A stretch of 64,000 nucleotides of DNA from contig JABZFP010000028.1 of NCBI GenBank assembly GCA_014237395.1, positions 585-64,584 on the forward strand, given 5' to 3'. The notes beneath the pieces are model-generated. The model was not told the DNA's origin. It saw only the letters and a program-made list of their open reading frames with translations, and ran no database searches. The translations under genes and the position numbers were made by a program. Position 1 is the stretch's first letter, and the number at the start of each line of letters is the position of its first letter. The stretch comes from Desulfobacteraceae bacterium (GTDB lineage Bacteria; Desulfobacterota; Desulfobacteria; Desulfobacterales; UBA5852). Shown one piece after another: positions 20,099 to 27,579 of the stretch.

Positions 20099-21028
20099 GT
20101 GCCCCACAAGCCGGTTGAAATACTTCCCGGACTCTTTTTTATCCTGCGCGGATACCTGAACGCGAACCATTTTGCCTTGCGGTCCGACCGTCCTGTCCTG
20201 GTCGATACCGGCTACCTGGGAAACTGGGGGCAAACGGAAGACATCCTCACACGTCTCGGTTTGGATCTCAACCGGGTCGCATTGATCATCAACACCCACA
20301 CCCACTGCGATCACGTTGGCGGCAACGACGTCATCCAGAAGCGATCGGGATGCGACATCGCCCTGCACCCGCGCGGGGCGGGCTATATGCGAAATAGAGA
20401 CGATCGATCGCCGTGGTGGTCCTATTACCACCAGGAAGCGGCCTTCTTCCAGCCGACCCAAATCCTTGAGGACGGCCAGGTCGTTCATGTGGGGCCGCAC
20501 GCCTTCGAGGTGATTCACACCCCCGGCCATGCTTCAGACGGGATCGTGCTTTACAACCGCCCGACACGCATTCTATTGTCCTCGGATACGTTGTGGGAAC
20601 GCGACTTCCCGGTGATGACCCTCGCGGTGGAAGGCGACGGCGCCATCGAAAACATGATGACATCCCTGGCAAAACTTGCGGGTTTGGCAGTCGATCAGGT
20701 CTATCCGGGGCACGGTGCCCCCTTTGACGATTTTCAGTCGGCGCTCCAGCGTGCCGTAACCCGGTTGGAGCGTTTTCAGGCCGATCCCAGCCGGGTGGGA
20801 TGGGATGTGATCAAGAAGATTTTCGTGTATACCATCATGATGAAACGACGCGTGGCGATCGATACTTTTTTCGATCAATTAATGCAGACCGACTGGTTTC
20901 CCGATACGGTCGACCGTTATTTCTCGAGCGGCTATCGATCCATTTACGATCAAGTCATAACGGAATTTCATCAGCGACACATCATCAAGATAAACGGCCA
21001 CGACTGGGTAACCACGGTTCGCCCCTGA
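20099..21028 (+). CDS. MBL-fold metallo-hydrolase
   Basis: 309 aa with a GTG start after RBS aggag. HTHCDHVGG (HxHxDH) motif. Confidence 0.8.
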   Translation: MPHKPVEILPGLFFILRGYLNANHFALRSDRPVLVDTGYLGNWGQTEDILTRLGLDLNRVALIINTHTHCDHVGGNDVIQKRSGCDIALHPRGAGYMRNRDDRSPWWSYYHQEAAFFQPTQILEDGQVVHVGPHAFEVIHTPGHASDGIVLYNRPTRILLSSDTLWERDFPVMTLAVEGDGAIENMMTSLAKLAGLAVDQVYPGHGAPFDDFQSALQRAVTRLERFQADPSRVGWDVIKKIFVYTIMMKRRVAIDTFFDQLMQTDWFPDTVDRYFSSGYRSIYDQVITEFHQRHIIKINGHDWVTTVRP

Positions 21029-21085
21029 ACCTGAATGAACGGACAATCCATCGTCTTTTCTGTAATGCCTTACGAGGAGCTATCG

Positions 21086-21532
21086 ATGACACAGCGACAA
21101 TTATTTGAACTGGTGGTCACCCTGGAGAAAGATCTGGCTGATTTTTATCAAAAAATAGGCCAGATCGAACGCCTCAAACCTTTTGCCGATATTTTCTCTT
21201 ATATGACCGATCACTCGCACAACCACGCCCGCCAGATCGAACGGGCCGCCGCTTTGATCGACCTGCCCGAATTGAATATCGCCCCCATCGAGACGCTTCA
21301 TCGACGTATCAAGGAATCCTTGCAGGAAAAAATTCTCCAGGAAGACGACAACGACAGGGTTTTGGCCCAACTCGCGCGAGCCGAGGAAATCATCGGGACC
21401 CTTTATCAATCCATCGCAAACCATTACCGCAACCATGCATCCGTATATGCGGACATTGCTCAACAATTCGAGCAATTGTCCGACGAAGAAATGACCCACC
21501 GGGATTTCATCAATGGTCACGGAAAAGAATGA
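21086..21532 (+). CDS. hypothetical protein (helical, possibly ferritin-like)
   Basis: ORF 21035..21532 trimmed to MTQRQLFELV behind RBS gaggag. No motif I can name. Confidence 0.5.
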   Translation: MTQRQLFELVVTLEKDLADFYQKIGQIERLKPFADIFSYMTDHSHNHARQIERAAALIDLPELNIAPIETLHRRIKESLQEKILQEDDNDRVLAQLARAEEIIGTLYQSIANHYRNHASVYADIAQQFEQLSDEEMTHRDFINGHGKE

Positions 21533-21638
21533 TAAGGCGCAGTGGGCTTTTCGATACCGCCGGAGACCGATAGGACGATACCGGTGAATGGACATGGGCC
21601 ATTGATCGCCCCACCCTTCACAACAAGGATAAACAACC

Positions 21639-22391
21639 ATGGAATGGCTTTCCGATCCCCAGGCCTGGATTGCGCTGGGCACCCTTACGGCCCTGGAAAT
21701 CGTTTTGGGCATCGACAATATCATTTTCATCTCCGTTCTGGTCGGCCGCCTGCCCGAACAAAAGCGTCAGCGTGCCCGTCTTATTGGGCTGTCATTGGCC
21801 ATGGTCATGCGCATCCTGCTCCTGATTTCCATCACCTGGATCATGCGCCTCAGCCAACCCCTGTTTGCCATCTGGGGACACGCATTTTCCGGACGCGACC
21901 TGATCCTGATCGGCGGCGGACTGTTTCTGCTGGTCAAGAGCACCTTCGAAATCCACAACAGCCTCGAAGGTGACGAGCATGGCGCCGTCACGGCGGCCGC
22001 GGCCACTTTCGTCCAGGTATTGGTGCAGATTACGCTCCTCGACATTGTCTTCTCGCTGGATTCGGTGATCACCGCCGTCGGTCTGGCCCAGCACCTGCCG
22101 GTGATGATCATTGCCATCGTCATTGCCGTGGGCGTCATGATGGTTTCCGCCGGGCCCATCGGCATCTTTGTCGATGCACATCCCACCATCAAGATTCTGG
22201 CCCTGAGTTTTCTGATCCTGGTGGGGGTCACGCTGATGGCCGAGGGCATGGCGTTTCACATCCCCAAGGGATACATCTATTTTGCCATGGCCTTTTCCTG
22301 CTGCGTCGAGATGCTGAACCTGAAAATCCGGAAACATGTCCGTGAACCTGTCCGATTGCGTAAAACATTGCCGACGGACGTGCGTGCCTGA
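21639..22391 (+). CDS. TerC family integral membrane protein
   Basis: 250 aa. GIDNIIFISVL and DSVITAVGL repeats typical of TerC/Alx. Confidence 0.85.
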   Translation: MEWLSDPQAWIALGTLTALEIVLGIDNIIFISVLVGRLPEQKRQRARLIGLSLAMVMRILLLISITWIMRLSQPLFAIWGHAFSGRDLILIGGGLFLLVKSTFEIHNSLEGDEHGAVTAAAATFVQVLVQITLLDIVFSLDSVITAVGLAQHLPVMIIAIVIAVGVMMVSAGPIGIFVDAHPTIKILALSFLILVGVTLMAEGMAFHIPKGYIYFAMAFSCCVEMLNLKIRKHVREPVRLRKTLPTDVRA

Positions 22392-22411
22392 TGGCCTTCG
22401 AAACCGGCTAT

Positions 22412-22801
22412 CCCGAACATTTCATGAAATTTTTTCTACACCATAAATTTTATTTAAATATTCAGTGGTATAGATACCCCCGGGTAAACCCGGGGTACTA
22501 AAGGTCTACGGCTCCTGCGGAGCCACCTCACCTCTGCTGACGCAGAGACGAGGTAAAGCTCATTCATCCACGGGTAAACCCGTGGTGTTCTGTCTTCGAC
22601 CGCATAAAAGCTATTCGGGGTATAATTTTCAGGTGACACTTTGTACCCATGGCCGATTTCCAAAATCATAGAAAATATTTCACCCTGCGGGCGCGACCGA
22701 GATGCCCATTGGCCGAGTTATCAGAGGCTTGCGGTAGCATTCCTACAGCGGCGCCCCTGATGCCTTGCCAATGAACATCTCAAACGCGTGAAATATTCGG
22801 G
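22412..22801. mobile_element. MITE copy 1 (interrupted by a nested 134-bp element)
   Basis: Starts cccgaacatttcatgaaa and ends cgtgaaatattcggg (about 15-bp imperfect terminal inverted repeats). Collinear by eye with 37892-38148 except for the insertion at 22473-22606. Confidence 0.8.
22473..22606. mobile_element. nested hairpin-rich miniature element (PATE-like?)
   Basis: Present in MITE copy 1 and absent from copy 2 (copy 2 reads cagtggtataaaagctattc uninterrupted). Subterminal hairpins ccccgggtaaacccgggg and ccacgggtaaacccgtgg, central hairpins ggctcctgcggagcc and ctctgctgacgcagag. No terminal inverted repeats; ATA at both junctions. Confidence 0.65.
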
Positions 22802-22906
22802 CGATGCCATCAATCCCCAATGGCAAATCCGGAAAACGAAAGGAATCAATGCCAACACCGATTTCGTTGTTATATTAATGGGAAAGCGCCATGAGGAGGA
22901 TGCGCC

Positions 22907-23308
22907 ATGCCGAAACCCGGTTCCGTTCTTCTGGTGATCGATGCCGCCATCAACTTCCTGCTGGGACTTTTGCTGCTCGGCTTCTCCCGTCCGCTAACCG
23001 ATCTGTTGGGGGTCCCTTACACTACGGTCAGCTTCTATCCGACGATTCTTGGCGGGGTCTTATTCGGGATCGGCGTCGCCCTGACGATCGAGGCGTTTCG
23101 ACACCCCAAAGGATTAGTGGGATTGGGCCTGGGAGGTGCCGTTGCCATCAACCTCTGTGGCGGAATGGTGCTGCTTATCTGGCTCGTCAGTGGCGCCCTC
23201 GATTTACCGTTGCGCGGTCTCCTCTTTTTGTGGACCCTGGCCGTCGCCCTGGTAGGGATCAGCACCGCTGAAATGCTGGCCCATTGCCGAAAAAGGCCGC
23301 CCGCGTAA
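22907..23308 (+). CDS. hypothetical membrane protein (about 4 TM)
   Basis: 133 aa, hydrophobic, with RBS aggagga upstream. Confidence 0.55.
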   Translation: MPKPGSVLLVIDAAINFLLGLLLLGFSRPLTDLLGVPYTTVSFYPTILGGVLFGIGVALTIEAFRHPKGLVGLGLGGAVAINLCGGMVLLIWLVSGALDLPLRGLLFLWTLAVALVGISTAEMLAHCRKRPPA

Positions 23309-23350
23309 TCCGACCGCTGGATTAGGATACGGTTGGAAGGAAGAACCGCC

Positions 23351-24058
23351 ATGCCAACCATTATCACCATGCTTTTGGTCACTCTGATGCTTATGACCGG
23401 TTGCGCACCGCAATGGATGCCCTATTGGCCTGATTACGCGGCAACCTATCACTATCCTGCCGAGAAAGCGGTGCTTCGCGCGCATCAGCCGATTCTCGAT
23501 GTCGGCTATCGCTATACGCTGCCGGTCTACACACCCGTCAGGGAATACCTGCCGCCACGGTCGGCAACCTATTCTGTATCACCGCTCCAGCCCGGCCAGA
23601 AATGGATTGCCTTCGACACCCTGGAACAGGATATCCTGATCCTTCATCCCCCCAAGGATTATTCGCAGCCAGCGAAAAGTGTTTTGGGACTCGCGATCTA
23701 TCGCGACGGCCGCCTGTATTCATCGCGGCCCTGGTACGACCGGCACCGCCGAAAAAAAATCTCCCAGCTTGCCTGGCAGCCAACGTCAACCCCATTGTTT
23801 CAACAGGATGGGGTTTATGTGGTCGACTGCTTCACGTTGGATCTGGTGTATCGCGGCAATGCCGGGCCCCATCTTCTTTTTGAAGAACGCGCGTTCAAGT
23901 GCTCCTCTGCCGTTCCCGTTTATATCGAACCCATTTACCGGCCGTCGCAAGGGCCATCGACCCTGTATTTTCAGCGATTACGGGTCGACGTGCAGCCGGA
24001 TGACGATGGTGGGGCCAACCGGGTCTGCGCCACCGTGAATAAGGCGGACCCCAACTGA
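23351..24058 (+). CDS. hypothetical lipoprotein
   Basis: ORF 23333..24058 trimmed to MPTIITMLLVTLMLMTGC (lipobox LMTG-C). Confidence 0.6.
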   Translation: MPTIITMLLVTLMLMTGCAPQWMPYWPDYAATYHYPAEKAVLRAHQPILDVGYRYTLPVYTPVREYLPPRSATYSVSPLQPGQKWIAFDTLEQDILILHPPKDYSQPAKSVLGLAIYRDGRLYSSRPWYDRHRRKKISQLAWQPTSTPLFQQDGVYVVDCFTLDLVYRGNAGPHLLFEERAFKCSSAVPVYIEPIYRPSQGPSTLYFQRLRVDVQPDDDGGANRVCATVNKADPN

Positions 24059-24191
24059 AATGAGGACTGACGCCTTTACAGACAGGCCGCAAAACAGTAC
24101 CATGGCTGCCGAACGTCAAACAGTTCACGCCATCCGAGAATGACAACTTGCCGCATAACCGGCATCGATAACGCCGAAGAAAGTTTAATTC

Positions 24192-24605
24192 ATGGGCCGA
24201 TGGTTGCGTAAAATCTCGCTTTACTTTGCCGCCGGGAGTCTGGGCGGATTGGTTAACAGCATTGCCCTCTGGCTGTTTGGCCTCTATGGCATCAACGCAG
24301 CGCTTCAAGTAGCCATCCATCCCCGCCTGACACCGGGCTGGCTCTACCCGCGGATCGTCTGGGGTGGCATTTGGGGGGTGATTTTTTTGCTCCCCCTGGT
24401 GAAAAGCCGGTTTGTTCTCCGCGGTCTGATATTGAGTCTGGGACCGACGCTGGTCCAATTGTTCTACATTTTTCCGACAGTGCAGCACAAAGGCATGCTG
24501 GGATTGAAGCTGGGCATGCTGACGCCCGTGCTGGTGATACTGGTCAATGCCATATGGGGCGTTACCGCCGCGCTCTGGTTGCGCCTGCTCGACCGCAGTG
24601 CCTGA
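24192..24605 (+). CDS. hypothetical membrane protein
   Basis: 137 aa, 4 predicted TM helices. Confidence 0.5.
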   Translation: MGRWLRKISLYFAAGSLGGLVNSIALWLFGLYGINAALQVAIHPRLTPGWLYPRIVWGGIWGVIFLLPLVKSRFVLRGLILSLGPTLVQLFYIFPTVQHKGMLGLKLGMLTPVLVILVNAIWGVTAALWLRLLDRSA

Positions 24606-24694
24606 ATCCATTGTCTACCACCCCATCCATCACGGCAGCCTTCTTGATTCGGAAGGGGTTGTGCCACCACACGCATAAAGGAAGTCCTCGGCTA

Positions 24695-25156
24695 ATGTTC
24701 CGCCAACTTGCATTGCACCTGCTTTGGATCCTCGGCGCCATCCTGGTGGCGTGCCCGGCCCATGCCGAGATATGCGGCTATCCGGAGAAGGGCACCCTCG
24801 TGGTCTATCGGGGAGATCAAATGGCGGCCGACTTCCAGGTCGCCCTGGCAGAATCCCCCGAACAGTACCGCAAGGGCCTCATGGGCTGTGGGAGCATCAC
24901 ACCGGGCACCGGCCTGCTGTTTATCTATCCCGATGCCAAGCGACGGGTATTCTGGATGAAAAACACCCCCTTGGCGCTGGCCATTATCTTCGCCTCGCCG
25001 GGAGGGCAGATCCTGGCGATCGAAGCGGGGCACCCCAACAGCACCCGTCGCATCCGGTCGCCCGACGCTATTCAGTACGTTCTTGAAATCAATTACGCCG
25101 AGGCGGACCAACTCCGCATCGGGGATCGATTCGCGTTGCGGCTCATCCCTCAATAA
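24695..25156 (+). CDS. DUF192 domain protein (secreted)
   Basis: ORF 24371..25156 trimmed to MFRQLALHLLWILGAILVACPAHA (signal peptide). GLMGC...GLLFIY...VFWMKNTPLALAIIF is typical of DUF192. Confidence 0.7.
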   Translation: MFRQLALHLLWILGAILVACPAHAEICGYPEKGTLVVYRGDQMAADFQVALAESPEQYRKGLMGCGSITPGTGLLFIYPDAKRRVFWMKNTPLALAIIFASPGGQILAIEAGHPNSTRRIRSPDAIQYVLEINYAEADQLRIGDRFALRLIPQ

Positions 25157-25280
25157 ACCCATAGGATGAATCGAAGATCCGCCGCCGTCTTGATCCGGTA
25201 TCGATAAAGCCGTATAACGCCTTCCAGATCGACAAGCAGGTAGTCTCCCTATCAACACGCGTTTATGATGGAGATCGAAG

Positions 25281-25709
25281 ATGGCGCTCGTGATACGCCC
25301 AATGACCATTACCGACTTTGACGCCGTGCGCGCCCTGTGGGCATCCTGTGAAGGTGTCGGCCTGAACGATGCCGACCGGCCGGAGGTCCTTCGTTCCTAT
25401 TTGGACCGCAACCCCGGTATGAGCTTCGTGGTCCAGGCGGACAATGCGATCGTCGGGGCCGTCCTTTGCGGCCATGACGGCCGGCGGGGCTACCTGAATC
25501 ATCTGGCCGTCAGCCCGGCGTATCGCCATCGAGGTCTTGCCCGAGATCTGGTCGATAATTGCCTCACGGCCCTGCAAAAAGCCGGCATCGGAAAATGCCA
25601 CCTTTTTATTTTCAGTTCCAATCAAGATGGCCGAAACTTCTGGCGCAAAATCGGTTGGGAGCTGCGAGAAGACCTGGCTGTGGCTTCACGAATCTTGGCA
25701 CCAGAGTGA
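25281..25709 (+). CDS. GNAT family N-acetyltransferase
   Basis: 142 aa. Acetyl-CoA motif HLAVSPAYRHRGLARDLV. Confidence 0.85.
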   Translation: MALVIRPMTITDFDAVRALWASCEGVGLNDADRPEVLRSYLDRNPGMSFVVQADNAIVGAVLCGHDGRRGYLNHLAVSPAYRHRGLARDLVDNCLTALQKAGIGKCHLFIFSSNQDGRNFWRKIGWELREDLAVASRILAPE

Positions 25710-25739
25710 AGGACTTATAGGAAACGAGGAGGCCACGCC

Positions 25740-26525
25740 ATGAACGAAATCCTTATCCAGAGTTGGAATGAGCTCCAGGAGGCGCTTTTCGAAGACGCCT
25801 GGAACCCCGATATCGAACGGTACCGTTCCCGCAATGCCTTCCGGGGGCTGTCCGATGCAAGCTATCCCCTGGAAACCACCTTGATGCGCCTGGGTGGTCG
25901 CTATGTCGAACTCGAACGCCATCTGCTGCGCAACTTCCGCAAATACGCCCACCGGGATGTGGTCGAACGGGATTCCCTCTGGCACTGGATGACCGTGGCG
26001 CAGCACCACGGATTGCCTACCCGTCTCATGGACTGGACCTATTCGCCTTTCGTTGCCATGCATTTCGCCCTGACCAACCTCGAAAAATATCACACCGACG
26101 GCGTCATCTGGGCGGTGAATTACGCCAAGGCCCACGAACTCTTGCCGGACAAGCTCAAACATGCCCTCGAACAGGAAGGGGCCAATGTATTCACCGTGCG
26201 CATGCTTTCCGAACAAGTCACGTCGCTAAACGAATTAATGGAGATGGCCGCCGCCCCCTTTACGATCTTCTTTGAGCCGCCCTCCATCGACGACCGCATC
26301 GTCAACCAGTTCGCTTTTTTCTCCATCATGTCGGACCCCACCGCCTGCCTTGACCAGTGGTTCACCCACCACCCCGACATCTGGCGCAAAATCATCATTC
26401 CGGCGGATTTGAAATGGGAATTACGCGACAAGTTGGATCAGGCCAACATCAGTGAACGGGTGCTCTTCCCGGGACTCGACGGCCTGAGCTCATGGCTCAA
26501 ACGGCAGTACAGCCCGAAGGTATAA
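25740..26525 (+). CDS. FRG domain protein
   Basis: 261 aa. FRGLSDASYPL and VAQHHGLPTRLMDWTYSPFVAMHFA are the FRG-domain core. Confidence 0.75.
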   Translation: MNEILIQSWNELQEALFEDAWNPDIERYRSRNAFRGLSDASYPLETTLMRLGGRYVELERHLLRNFRKYAHRDVVERDSLWHWMTVAQHHGLPTRLMDWTYSPFVAMHFALTNLEKYHTDGVIWAVNYAKAHELLPDKLKHALEQEGANVFTVRMLSEQVTSLNELMEMAAAPFTIFFEPPSIDDRIVNQFAFFSIMSDPTACLDQWFTHHPDIWRKIIIPADLKWELRDKLDQANISERVLFPGLDGLSSWLKRQYSPKV

Positions 26526-26870
26526 AACGATTGGGACACGGATGAACGCAGATAAACGCGGATCAACATCAATGATAACGATCAACCTTGAAGATCATAG
26601 ATCCGATCGAAACGGGAACCCCTTTATTTACCATGAAGAACATGAAGGGAATGAAGAAAAAATAAAAAATGACCCCATACTGAAAAACTTTTTTCTCCAC
26701 GAAGGACGCGAAGGAACACGAAGAAATCAATTGCCTCTGAAAAATTGTTTTTTGGATCTAACGTAAACATAAAGCTTTGTGCGCCATTCTGTCCTTCGTG
26801 GTCAACATCCCTTAGCGCTGGTTTTAAACCTTCATGATCTTCATGCCCTTCATGGTGATTGCTTTTCATT
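26526..26870. repeat. HEG-box/DTD-box mosaic
   Basis: DTD+ (gggacacggatgaacgcagataaacgcggatc), HEG+ x2 (taccatgaagaacatgaagggaatgaagaa; ctccacgaaggacgcgaaggaacacgaag), HEG- (ccttcatgatcttcatgcccttcatggtg). Confidence 0.9.
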
Positions 26871-26891
26871 TCTTTTCAAAAGGAGAACGAG

Positions 26892-27095
26892 ATGCCCTAC
26901 GTCAATATCCGCATCACGCGTGAAGGCGCCACCGCCGAACAGAAAGCCACGCTCATCCGGGGCGTGACCCGCCTCTTGCAGGAAACCCTGGGGAAGAACC
27001 CGGCCACCACAGTGGTCACCATCGACGAGGTGGATACGGACAATTGGGGGATCGGGGGGGAAACTGTGACCGTCCTCCGAGGTGCCCGGAAATGA
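26892..27095 (+). CDS. 4-oxalocrotonate tautomerase family protein
   Basis: ORF 26859..27095 trimmed to MPYVNIRITREG (catalytic Pro1), 67 aa. Confidence 0.8.
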   Translation: MPYVNIRITREGATAEQKATLIRGVTRLLQETLGKNPATTVVTIDEVDTDNWGIGGETVTVLRGARK

Positions 27096-27131
27096 GTGGT
27101 TCGAATAAGGCCTCACGTAACCCATATAAGT

Positions 27132-27490
27132 GAGCTTGGAAACAGTTTTCAAGCTATTGGTTTGAATATCCCGTTGTTCCGCGCCGAGCATCGACGAGGC
27201 GGACGGATTAAAGCGCGCGGACTGTCTGAGTCCGCCAAAAGGCGGGTGAGTTTCCGCGTGCTCCGGCCGCATAAACCGGGCGATGCCGCAAGTATCGTGC
27301 TGTCAGGTAAGGCGCCAGGCGAAGCGAGGCGCGCAGCAATCGCCAGATTGTGAGCACCCGAACAAACATAGCAACGCCACATGGCGACACGAGGCGCAGC
27401 ATCATCGCCCGGTTTGGCGACACGCAGGGTAAAGCTGGACACGGGCGTGTTCTTTTGCTTCGTTTTCTGTCACGGGACAGAAAATGAAGA
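27132..27490 (+). repeat. GC-rich dispersed repeat, copy 1 (long variant)
   Basis: Shares ...ttccgcgccgagcatcgacg.ggcggacgg.ttaaagcgcgcggactgtctgag.ccgcc.aaaggcgggtgagtttccgcg... and the 3' end ggacacgggcg.gttcttttgcttcgttttctgtcacgggacagaaaatgaag with copies at 47538 and 54305. Has about 150 bp of extra internal sequence. Confidence 0.8.
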
Positions 27491-27579
27491 ACCGATTTCA
27501 GAAAATCATCCCGGAACGGTTGGAACTCTCCTGACCCGTCACGAGTCTTGTCGGGCTTGTATCAACACAAAGGCTCCCG

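Noticed and set aside
21533-21638. Looked for a yybP-ykoY (Mn2+) riboswitch in the leader of the TerC-family gene.
   Set aside because: Only fragments reminiscent of the 3' half (GGAGACC, GGACAU) are present. I could not find the conserved GGGGAGUAG 5' element or the four-way pairing. Not called without a covariance-model scan.
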